Assembly (NCBI GenBank): GCA_031391405.1
Contig: JANMUI010000779.1
Coordinates: 2,127 to 66,126 of the forward strand
Length of the DNA: 64,000 nt
Source: Betaproteobacteria bacterium
Lineage (GTDB): Bacteria; Pseudomonadota; Gammaproteobacteria; Burkholderiales; SG8-39
Direction: 5' to 3'
A program made the translations under genes and the position numbers. The stretch's first letter is position 1; each line of letters opens with the position of its first letter. Of the stretch, positions 8,302-16,298 are shown piece by piece. The notes under the pieces are model-generated. The model searched no databases. It was not told the DNA's origin and was given only the letters and a program-made list of their open reading frames with translations.

Positions 8302-11251
8302 CTGTTGGGACCGGCGCGCCGATCAACGCGTCACCCGAGTCTCCGCTCGACGCACTGCTCACTGTCGGACCAACCGTTGTGGTTGGGCCGACTACGGCGG
8401 CCAAGGCCGTACTGCTCAGGCTCTCGGCAGTGCCCTGCGCATCGGTGTAACCCACGATCACCCGTATCTGATCGCCCACGTCGGTGGCGGTGAGCAAATA
8501 GATTGACGCAGTGGCCCCGCTCAGGTTGATCCAAGTCACGCCATCGGCGGAGCGCTGCCATTGGAAGCTGACGGCGCTCAGACCGTCAGCGTCGCCAATG
8601 GTGGAAGTGTCCGCGCTGAGCGATTGCGCTTCGGTGGCTGTGCCAATGAGGGCAACCGCACCGGTGGGCGCATCGTTGACGTTGGCGACCGCTGCGGTTT
8701 GGGCACTGGTGAGCGGGCCTTCGGGCGTACCCTGTCCATCGGTGTAGCGCACCTGTACCGAAATCTGCGTGCCGACATCGGCGTCTCCTAACGTGAAGGT
8801 GTTAGCCGTCGCACCCCCAATCGCGATCCCGTTCCTCAACCACTGGTAGCTGAAGACGCCTACGCCATCGACATCCGCGATGCCCGCGGAGGTAGCCGTC
8901 AAGATCTGGTCTTCGCTCACGGTTCCAGTAATCGTTGGCATCCCGGCAGGCGCATCATTGACCGCTGTCACATTGACGGTGAGCGTGTTGGGCGCGGCGT
9001 CGAACGCATTCGACTGATCGCGCACGCTGAAGGTGAAGCTCGCGTAGCCCGCGCCGGTGGCATTCGCGGCCGGCGTGAACACCAGATTGCCCGCGGCGAG
9101 CTGAGCAGTGGTGATCACGTCGCCCGCGTTCACTGCAACGCCTGACAACGTGAGTGAACCCGCGACCGGAACCGAATCGATACGCACCGCTAAGATGCTG
9201 TCGCCCGCGTCCACGTCGGTGAAGCCGAAGGTGGCCGAGGCGAAGGTGTAGGCGGTGTCTTCGTTCGTCGTGACGGTGGCGTTGGTGCCCGCGGGCGCAT
9301 CGTTCACCGCGGTCACATCCACCGTCAACGTGTTCGGCGCGGCGTCATACACACTCGACTGATCGCGCACGCTGAAGGTGAAGCTCGCGTAGCCCGCGCC
9401 GTTGGCATTGGCCGCGGGCGTGAAGACGAGGTTGCCGGCGGCGAGCTGCGCGGCCGTGACCACCTGCCCGGCCGAGACCGCCGCACCGGAGAGCGTGAGC
9501 GAACCCGCGCCCGGAACCGAGTCGATGCGCACCGCCGAGAGGCTGTCACCCGCATCCACGTCGGTGAAGCCGAAGGTGGCGGCAGAGAAGGTGTAGGCGG
9601 TGTCTTCGTTGGTCGTGACGGTGGCGTTGGTGCCGGCGGGCGCGTCGTTCACGGCGGTGCCAGTCATCGCCTTGCTGCCGGTCACGGCCGCCGCGACGCT
9701 GACGCTGGTGGCGATGGTGAAGTTGCCGTTGAAATTGGACGCTGGGTTGAACGTCACGCCGGCCAGCAGGGTGTTGACGTTGGCCAGGGCGCCGCTGGCG
9801 GTCCACACGCCGGTGCCGGCGACATATGTGGAGGTCACCGCACCGGAGGTGGCGGTACTCAGGCTGCCGGCGGCGGTGTTGGACAGGGTCAAGGTCGCCG
9901 TGACGCTGGCGCTGTCGACGTCGCTGATCACGATGTCGGTCAGGTTCAGCGCGGTGTCTTCGGTATAGGTTTGGGCCGCACTCAGATTGGTGGCGCTGGG
10001 CGCGGCGTTGGTAGACTCGATCAGGCGAAACGCCATGTCCTTCGAGCCATCGTCCGTGCCATCGCCGGGGTTGATCTTGGCGCCGGTCGTGTAGGTGCCC
10101 GAATCGTGTACGCCGACATACACCTTGCCACCGTCCGTGCTGCTTTCGATGCGAATGAAATAGTTCTGGTTGTCATTCAGCGTCGCGGTGCTGCTCAGGC
10201 TGATCGTTACCCACGCCTCGGTGGTTCCCAGACTCGAGCTCGCGATCGTTCCGCTGGCGATGATCGCGCCGTTGTAGGTCGAGCGCAACGACACGGTGAT
10301 GTTCTGCGCCGAGGTATCGCTGGCACCGTAGAGCACCAGGCCGATCTTGTCGACGGTGTAAGTCGCCGTCGGGCTGTCGTACCGAACCTTCATGATCTGC
10401 GGCTGACTCGACTTGACCTCGTACGCTTGGTCGCCCATGTTGCCAAACGTGGGCTCGTACGAGTGGATCGTGGTGTCGGCCAACAGGCCAAGCCACTCGT
10501 GTTGTGCCTCAGCGCTCACGGCCACGCCCGTCTCGATGCTTCCCTGCGAAATCTCCAGCTGCCAGTCACCGCCCAGCGACTCGTGCCCGGTCGCATCGAC
10601 ACTTGCCGCGACGTCCGCACCCGTCAGGCGCGCGAGGTGTTCCACGAATGCTTGCCCGGCCGTGCCCTGCGCCACGTCGCAACCATAGATCAGCAGGTCG
10701 GCATCGGCGCTCAGCGCCTCGCGCCAGCTCTGCAGCTCGGTGGCGCGGGCCTCCAGCGCACTCGAGTCGAGCGTCGTGTTTCCGAGTTGCAGCAGCCCGG
10801 GTCGGCCGTGCGAGACGATGTGGATCGCGGCAACATCCTTCTGGTCAGCGAGCGCTTCGTTGATCTGCGCGATCCCATCGCGACTCGCGTCGATGAGAAT
10901 GATCTCTATGGTGCGTTCGCTGCGGGCATTGGCGGTGATATCCGCGACGAGCTGTTCGGCGTTCGGTATGCGTGCATCGACGAACACGATCTCGCGGGAG
11001 CGCTCTTCCTGCAATGAGAAGACTGCGAGCGAGGCGTGCTGAGCATTGACGGTGCTCTCATCGATTTGACGCACCTCACCTTGGAGGGCAGCTTCCGGGG
11101 CAGGCGCGGCGACCGGATTGAGATCTCCCGAATACAGAATGCGCGGCTCGAGCTCCTCGATGGTGGCCGAGGGCGCCTCCTCAGCGTTGGGGCGCCCCAG
11201 GTTCTTCAGCCAGCGGAAAATGCCCATACCATTCTCTCCGCGTCGTGTCAT
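8204..11251 (-). CDS. Giant DUF4347-type N-domain / cadherin-like repeat surface protein (putative adhesin)
   Basis: ATG at 11251 overlaps the stop of the upstream adaptor (ATGA). An alternative ATG at 11227 has GGAGAG upstream. N-terminal LEPRILYSG motif at 11126..11152. DUF4347-like block (EIVFVDARIPN...IHIVSHGRPG...LLIYGCDVAQG...GGDWQLE). A beta-rich middle domain follows, then repeated VNDAP...FTDVD...GYASFTFSVRD modules and two FQW/YQW...GAT...DVG...YTD.QGT modules. No Sec-type signal peptide and no GGxGxD RTX repeats are evident. Confidence 0.85.
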   Translation of the reverse strand: MTRRGENGMGIFRWLKNLGRPNAEEAPSATIEELEPRILYSGDLNPVAAPAPEAALQGEVRQIDESTVNAQHASLAVFSLQEERSREIVFVDARIPNAEQLVADITANARSERTIEIILIDASRDGIAQINEALADQKDVAAIHIVSHGRPGLLQLGNTTLDSSALEARATELQSWREALSADADLLIYGCDVAQGTAGQAFVEHLARLTGADVAASVDATGHESLGGDWQLEISQGSIETGVAVSAEAQHEWLGLLADTTIHSYEPTFGNMGDQAYEVKSSQPQIMKVRYDSPTATYTVDKIGLVLYGASDTSAQNITVSLRSTYNGAIIASGTIASSSLGTTEAWVTISLSSTATLNDNQNYFIRIESSTDGGKVYVGVHDSGTYTTGAKINPGDGTDDGSKDMAFRLIESTNAAPSATNLSAAQTYTEDTALNLTDIVISDVDSASVTATLTLSNTAAGSLSTATSGAVTSTYVAGTGVWTASGALANVNTLLAGVTFNPASNFNGNFTIATSVSVAAAVTGSKAMTGTAVNDAPAGTNATVTTNEDTAYTFSAATFGFTDVDAGDSLSAVRIDSVPGAGSLTLSGAAVSAGQVVTAAQLAAGNLVFTPAANANGAGYASFTFSVRDQSSVYDAAPNTLTVDVTAVNDAPAGTNATVTTNEDTAYTFASATFGFTDVDAGDSILAVRIDSVPVAGSLTLSGVAVNAGDVITTAQLAAGNLVFTPAANATGAGYASFTFSVRDQSNAFDAAPNTLTVNVTAVNDAPAGMPTITGTVSEDQILTATSAGIADVDGVGVFSYQWLRNGIAIGGATANTFTLGDADVGTQISVQVRYTDGQGTPEGPLTSAQTAAVANVNDAPTGAVALIGTATEAQSLSADTSTIGDADGLSAVSFQWQRSADGVTWINLSGATASIYLLTATDVGDQIRVIVGYTDAQGTAESLSSTALAAVVGPTTTVGPTVSSASSGDSGDALIGAPVPTDGNDPLAAAPGGANRRSPLATQSFERARRIDK
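8969..9658 (-). repeat. Two near-identical tandem 345-bp (115-codon) coding repeats inside the giant gene
   Basis: TAVNDAPAGTNATVTTNEDTAYTF... recurs at protein residues 570, 685 and 800. The DNA of 8969..9313 and 9314..9658 aligns with only scattered substitutions. Confidence 0.85.
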
Positions 11252-12309
11252 TTCGCGGCGACGGGTCGCAGCGACGAATGCGCAGGGAGGGCGCCCGACG
11301 TGGCGCGAGCGCCTGATGTTGGGGCGGCTGTCTCGGGCAATTTCAGTCCCAGGTCGACCTTGCATCGCAGCCCGGCGGGCAAGGCGGCGTCGGGATTGGG
11401 CAGCTCGAGACGTACGCGAAACGTACTGCTCGCCGCATCGATGACGCGATCGACGGTCTTGACCGTGGCGGTGCGTTCTTGCCGGTCCAGCAACTCGGGG
11501 ACGACAGTCGCCTTCTGGCCCGCCTTCACCTGCCCGAACGCGGTCGCCGGCACGAGCACGTCGACGCGCAGCGGATTGATGCTGGCGATGCGCATCACCG
11601 GTTTGTCGTCGACGCGCTCTCCCACCGATGCGAAGCGATCCACCACCACACCGGAAATCGGCGCGCGGATGGTGCGCATGTTCAACTGCGCGACCGCGAG
11701 GTCGACTTCCTTTGTCGCCGCCGTCCGCTTCTCCCGGACCTGGTCCGTGCGCCCTTCCGCAACCTGCACCTCGGTGCGCTGTTTGTCCAGATAGGTCTGC
11801 GAGACGAAGCTCTTCTCGTACAACTCGTTGGCACGGCCGAGCTCGCGGTGCGCAAACGCCCGCGAGCTTTGCGCGGCAGCAAGCTCACCGGCCTGCGCGG
11901 CACGCTCACGGGCAAGGGCAAGCGATGCGCGTTCGACGTCGGCATGCAATTGCGCGACGACTTGGCCCTGCTTCACGATGTCCCCGCGTTCGGCCCAAAG
12001 CCGCTCGATCACCCCGACGAGCGCGAGCGCCACGCCCAATAAGGAGGGCGTCAATCCGCGACTGCGTAACATCCGCTGCACTCGCGCTACCGAATCCGAC
12101 CAAGACCGCGCGGACCCCTGGCTGAAACGGGTCCGCGCGTTCGCGAGCGATCGCGACACGGGCCGCGGCAACCGACGGGATTCAGCAGCCGAACAGGCGT
12201 CACCCATTAACCGCGCCAAACCGTGAAGCCGGCCGTGCGAGTCGTCGACTTCCCGCTCGGGATATGCGCTCCAGACGAGTCCGGGAGAAGGGAGTGTCCG
12301 TGCGCTCAT
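11248..12309 (-). CDS. HlyD-family periplasmic adaptor (membrane fusion protein-like)
   Basis: ATG at 12309 overlaps the stop of the upstream gene (ATGA). Arg-rich cytoplasmic N-terminus, one TM (LTPSLLGVALALVGVI), then GDIVKQGQVVAQL, a coiled coil, RTIRAPISGVVVDRFASVGERV and a beta-barrel segment. Confidence 0.8.
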   Translation of the reverse strand: MSARTLPSPGLVWSAYPEREVDDSHGRLHGLARLMGDACSAAESRRLPRPVSRSLANARTRFSQGSARSWSDSVARVQRMLRSRGLTPSLLGVALALVGVIERLWAERGDIVKQGQVVAQLHADVERASLALARERAAQAGELAAAQSSRAFAHRELGRANELYEKSFVSQTYLDKQRTEVQVAEGRTDQVREKRTAATKEVDLAVAQLNMRTIRAPISGVVVDRFASVGERVDDKPVMRIASINPLRVDVLVPATAFGQVKAGQKATVVPELLDRQERTATVKTVDRVIDAASSTFRVRLELPNPDAALPAGLRCKVDLGLKLPETAAPTSGARATSGALPAHSSLRPVAAK

Positions 12310-14468
12310 CGCTCGAAATGCCGCAAGAAGGTGCGTCGCGTGAGCAGCTGCAGCTGTTGGGCAAGCGTTGCTTCACCGTGACGAAAAGTTACGAGCACGC
12401 GCACGCCAATGGGCGCCGCCATGGCATGGGCCAACCGCAGATCGAATTGGAACCAGGCCTCGAGCGCGGTCTTCCCGCTCTGATCGCTGGAATCGGTGGC
12501 GATGCTGCCGCCGCCCGGCTCACCCATCGCCTCGCTCGGGAGCTCACGTGCCGCCTGTGGAATCTCTCGCTCGATGCGAGCGCTATGTGCGGCCCCGATC
12601 TCGTTTGCGAGACGGACATGGATCTCACCAGGCCGCTCGCGCACCAGCGCCACATCTTCGTTGCGCACAAGCACGCGCACGAGCGGGGCGTCCTGGACGA
12701 GGACGTGACCGAACACCTCACCTTGTTCGACGAATCGGCCGGGGGCATCCTGGGCGCGGTCCAGCGCAGCCGCCCCGCTGCGTTCCGCCCGCACGCTCAG
12801 CGCCTCGTTCTTTTGCTGGAGTCGCCGCTGCTCAGAACGCAACTGGTCGATCTTGTCAGGGAGCACTGCGACGCGCATCGGTTCTGTTTCGTATCGCACC
12901 GCGCGCTCGACGGCGTGCTGCTTGAGCGAGGCGCTGACGCGCTCGAGGTCGACCGGAAGCTGATCGTTCGCAAGTTGTGCAATCACCGCGCCCCCGGAAA
13001 CGGGTTCGCCATCGCGCGCCTCAAGTTTTTCGATGAACCCTTCCACGCCCGCGCGTACCGTTGCATCGTCGGGGAGCCAGACGATTCCCGGCGCGTAAGT
13101 CACTTGCGGCAGCGGTACGGCGAAGACCGCGCCGACGACGGCCGTCAAGAGGGCGAGACCGAGGGCGACGGCGCGCCCACGCTGACCGACCAGCTCGCGC
13201 GAATCGACCATATAGACGAGCGCCCGCAATACCGGCCATACGATCAGCAGAACGGCACCAATCGCTGCGACAGAGAGCGCTGTGGCGGCATTGAACTGCG
13301 CGATCACCAGCACGAAGAACGCGAACAGCAGGCACCGATAAACCCACGCGAGCGGCGCATACAGGATGAGCCAAGGGCGCTCGCCGTACTCGAGCGCCGG
13401 TGCGCCGATGCGTCGCACGCCGATGAGGTGCCGCTTCGCCAGATGACGCCAATAGGTGGTGCTGCGTGCCGCGAGATTGGGCAACTCGAAGAGGTCGCAC
13501 AGCACGAAGTAGCCATCGAATCGGAGCAAGGGATTGCCGTTGACCAGCAATGTGGAGACACCCGCTGTGAGCGCCACTGCGAAAGCGAGATCACGAAGCC
13601 ATCCGCCGTCGGCCGCGAGCCACACGACGAGCGCCACAGCGGCGATCACCAGCTCGACCATGATGCCGGCTGCGGCGACTGCCGCGCGCTCCCACTTTTC
13701 GGGGAATGCCGTGGACGCCGAAGCGTCCACATACGGCACCGGCGTCAGGAAGAGCAAGGTCACGCCCATTTCGCGTACATCCCCACCGAACGCTTTGACT
13801 GCGAACGCGTGGCCGAGCTCATGGAGGACCTTGATACAGGGATAGGCGATCCATAACGCGAGGAGCATGCCGGTCGTTGGCAGCTGAGCGGCCGCGAAAG
13901 CGGAGAGCTCGCGTGCGTTGATCATCCAGAGCAGGAGGCCAAGCAGCGCCGTGAGCGTGAACACCACGGCAGCGCCTCGGCTATACATCCAGCGTACATA
14001 GCCCACGGTGTGCGAAATGAACGTGTCCGGATCCCACAGCGGGACACGAAACGCGAGCGGATTGAGGGCGCTCTCCCCACGGCGGCGGCGGGACCGATCG
14101 CCGCGTTTGACGATCGCCGCGGCGTCCGGTGTAACGTCGGCCACGATGAGATTCGCCTCGAACGCCTGGCTGAGGATGCGAATGGCCTCACCTTGCGAAA
14201 TTGCGTGTTCGCCATCGATCTTGACGCGCGCGTTCCATACCTCGTCGACCGTCCGCTGCCCGTCGCAGGAGGCGACCAGACGGTATGCCAGCTGGTTGAA
14301 TCGATGGTGGCGTCCGGAAGCGGGATCGGAGAAGACGTACCACCGTGCGCCGCGAACGATCTGTCGGCTGACCTTGACGCCCGGGCGGACACGCGGACGT
14401 AACTGGGCGACCCGGTACCAGTCCGGAGAGTGGAGGGATGCACGCCTGTTCACGCGAGCGCTCTCCAC
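12306..14468 (-). CDS. Fusion protein: PqqD-like N-domain + M50 (site-2-type) zinc metalloprotease + C-terminal HlyD-like adaptor region
   Basis: GTG at 14468, or GTG at 14453 forming GTGA with the upstream stop. N-terminal segment is RWYVFSDPASGRHHRFNQLAYRLVASCDGQRTVDEVW. HELGH at 13809..13823, plus a second M50 motif GNPLLRFDGY, with multiple TM helices. The C-terminal 260 aa carry a lipoyl-like hairpin, a coiled coil and a barrel. Confidence 0.85.
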   Translation of the reverse strand: MESARVNRRASLHSPDWYRVAQLRPRVRPGVKVSRQIVRGARWYVFSDPASGRHHRFNQLAYRLVASCDGQRTVDEVWNARVKIDGEHAISQGEAIRILSQAFEANLIVADVTPDAAAIVKRGDRSRRRRGESALNPLAFRVPLWDPDTFISHTVGYVRWMYSRGAAVVFTLTALLGLLLWMINARELSAFAAAQLPTTGMLLALWIAYPCIKVLHELGHAFAVKAFGGDVREMGVTLLFLTPVPYVDASASTAFPEKWERAAVAAAGIMVELVIAAVALVVWLAADGGWLRDLAFAVALTAGVSTLLVNGNPLLRFDGYFVLCDLFELPNLAARSTTYWRHLAKRHLIGVRRIGAPALEYGERPWLILYAPLAWVYRCLLFAFFVLVIAQFNAATALSVAAIGAVLLIVWPVLRALVYMVDSRELVGQRGRAVALGLALLTAVVGAVFAVPLPQVTYAPGIVWLPDDATVRAGVEGFIEKLEARDGEPVSGGAVIAQLANDQLPVDLERVSASLKQHAVERAVRYETEPMRVAVLPDKIDQLRSEQRRLQQKNEALSVRAERSGAAALDRAQDAPGRFVEQGEVFGHVLVQDAPLVRVLVRNEDVALVRERPGEIHVRLANEIGAAHSARIEREIPQAARELPSEAMGEPGGGSIATDSSDQSGKTALEAWFQFDLRLAHAMAAPIGVRVLVTFRHGEATLAQQLQLLTRRTFLRHFER

Positions 14469-15949
14469 AGCATGCGGCGCAGCCAGTTGGCGGCACGATG
14501 TGTCCAGATCCCGATGAGCCGCCGCTCCTCGATATCGATCTTCGCCACGCCCTGCAAGCCCGGTCGCAATCCACCAACCTGATCTGCCTCATTGGGTGCG
14601 ACGTGTGCCTCCGCTTCGAAGAAATTCCAGCCGTCGCGCGCCATTGCGATGGGGGCGACGCGGGTGAGTTGCAGGTCGAATGGCCTGGTCGTTTCGGCGG
14701 CGAACAGCACGCGCGCGCGCTGGCCGACGCGAACGGCGCCGACATCCTGCTCATCGACCTCGAGGATCACGCGATATTCATTCGCCGGGGCGACCACCAT
14801 CAGGATTTGCCCGCGCTTGACGGGCGCCCCGATCGATTGGAGCAGATCGCCCTTGATCACGACGCCATCGATGGGCGCCTGGAGGCGAGTGCGTGCGAGG
14901 CGTTGCAGGACCAACCCGAGCTCCGTGCGTGCCTGATCGTGCTTCGCCTTGGCGATCACGATGCTGGCGGCATCGTCCTTGCTCAGCGCTTCGCGATATT
15001 GCTTGTCCAGCTGTGCCATCTCCGCTTCCCACTTGTCCCGCTCGAGCGCAAGGTCACGGTCCTCGAGTGCGGCCAATGCCTGACCGATTTTTACGGCCTG
15101 CCCCGGCCGTACGTGTACGTCGCGGAGGAATCCGTCCACGGGCGCCGCGACGACACGCTCGATTGCACCCTCGATGTGCGCCGGTGCGGTGATGCGAAAG
15201 GTGACCGGCCACATTGCCGCGCCAATCGCCAATGCCAGCATCGCGAGAAAAATAAACTTGCCGGGCGATGATGCGACCCCGTGCAGCCGCTGACCGCGCT
15301 TAGCTAGCAGATCCTCCCAGCGGCGCGCCAACGAATCATCGACCCGATGCTTCAGTGCGAGGACCGGTCCGACGAACAGTGCGACGTCCTGTGCCAGTCG
15401 AACCGCTTCGGCGTTGAATCCCTTTTGACCCTCGAGCAGCACCGCGCCCAGCAGTCGATCGCGATCCGCGATCGGCACGGTGCAGATCGCTGCGCGCGCG
15501 CTGCTCTCCGAGAGGCGCGCATGAGCGAGGGTTACCTTTGGCGAGGACCCCTGCGGCGTTGGATGGACGATGGTCGTCCGCTGATCGAGTGACTCCTCCA
15601 TCGCCGCACCGATGATGCGAACAAGGCTCTGCCGCTCGCGGAAATCCCCGGTATTGGAGATTGCCGCGATCGCGATTCGACCCTTGCGAATAAAGCCAAT
15701 GCTGACGCGATCGCATCCGAGCATCGAGCACAACTCGGTCGTGACGGCGCTTGCCGCCACTTGGAATCGGGCGTGCGAGAGGGCTCGCGCCTGAAGCGCG
15801 AGGACCGTGCCAATCCGCGCCATGCGCTGCTGCGTGCGCGCGGCGGGCGGTGGCTCCCCGGGTGGGCCGGACGCGTGCGGCCGCGGTGAAACGGGCGGCG
15901 CGACGCGCTTGGTCTGGTCGTCGGTGGACGTACTCTCTAGGGCGAGCAA
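14450..15949 (-). CDS. GAF-domain protein fused to HlyD-family adaptor
   Basis: The ORF opens with TTG at 15949; ATG at 15823 (MARIGTVLAL) is an alternative start. GAF-like N-domain (LGCDRVSIGFIRKGR...LLGAVLLEG). TM (FIFLAMLALAIGAAMW), then PVDGFLRDVHVRPGQAVKIGQALAAL, a coiled coil and RLQAPIDGVVIKGDL. Confidence 0.8.
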   Translation of the reverse strand: MLALESTSTDDQTKRVAPPVSPRPHASGPPGEPPPAARTQQRMARIGTVLALQARALSHARFQVAASAVTTELCSMLGCDRVSIGFIRKGRIAIAAISNTGDFRERQSLVRIIGAAMEESLDQRTTIVHPTPQGSSPKVTLAHARLSESSARAAICTVPIADRDRLLGAVLLEGQKGFNAEAVRLAQDVALFVGPVLALKHRVDDSLARRWEDLLAKRGQRLHGVASSPGKFIFLAMLALAIGAAMWPVTFRITAPAHIEGAIERVVAAPVDGFLRDVHVRPGQAVKIGQALAALEDRDLALERDKWEAEMAQLDKQYREALSKDDAASIVIAKAKHDQARTELGLVLQRLARTRLQAPIDGVVIKGDLLQSIGAPVKRGQILMVVAPANEYRVILEVDEQDVGAVRVGQRARVLFAAETTRPFDLQLTRVAPIAMARDGWNFFEAEAHVAPNEADQVGGLRPGLQGVAKIDIEERRLIGIWTHRAANWLRRMLWRALA

Positions 15950-16117
15950 TTTGGGCGTGCGATCTTCCCCGCGATGGCGGGACTCGCCCGTTGGCCTCCC
16001 TATTCGACCCGGGCCGTTGGGCAGGCGGTGTCGCGACTAAGGGTAATCGGGGTGCCCAATTCGGAGCGCGCGCGGTCGATCGCATCCGTCCGTGATCGAA
16101 CTCACGCTCGCACGGCG

Positions 16118-16190
16118 GGCTTCGACAAGCCTGTCCGGAGCCCTTCGACAGGCTCAGGACACGCTTGTCGAAAGGCTCAGCCCGAACGGA
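16118..16190. repeat. REP-like intergenic palindromic element
   Basis: The element reads cttcgacaagcctgtccggagcccttcgacaggctcaggacacgcttgtcgaaaggctcagcccgaacgg. It contains the inverted repeat agcctgtc/gacaggct and repeated ttcgaca(a/g)gc units. It lies in the 349-bp gap upstream of the GAF-HlyD gene. Confidence 0.5.
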
Positions 16191-16298
16191 CTCTCACGGT
16201 CCGATGGGTTGGCTGAGGCAGGTTACTGATCTGGAAGTCGCTGGCCCGCCTCGATTCGTGTCCGATCATCCGGCTGCTGGCGCGGCGCTAGGTCCGGG

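Noticed and set aside
8396-9658. Regularly spaced repeats that could be mistaken for a CRISPR-like array.
   Set aside because: The units are 280-345 bp, contiguous without unique spacers, and in frame as protein domains of the giant adhesin gene.
11980-12309. Possible PilZ-like c-di-GMP site in the Arg-rich N-terminus of the third adaptor (RRLPR fits RxxxR).
   Set aside because: No matching D/NxSxxG motif follows at the expected distance. A single RxxxR in an Arg-rich segment is expected by chance.
12264-13856. 530-aa plus-strand ORF opposite the M50 fusion gene. The same applies to 9971..11017, 20783..22282, 24480..25793, 40133..41272, 49733..51055, 58881..59924 and 59921..61066.
   Set aside because: These are long antisense ORFs typical of high-GC DNA. 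Their translations are Arg/His/Asp/Gly-rich with no motifs, and the opposite strand carries clear family motifs and G/C-rich third codon positions.
15950-16298. Search for a small precursor-peptide gene upstream of the PqqD-like/M50 module.
   Set aside because: The only ATG-initiated minus-strand ORF here (30 codons from 16268) runs through the REP-like element. It has no ribosome-binding site or leader-like features and is not convincing.
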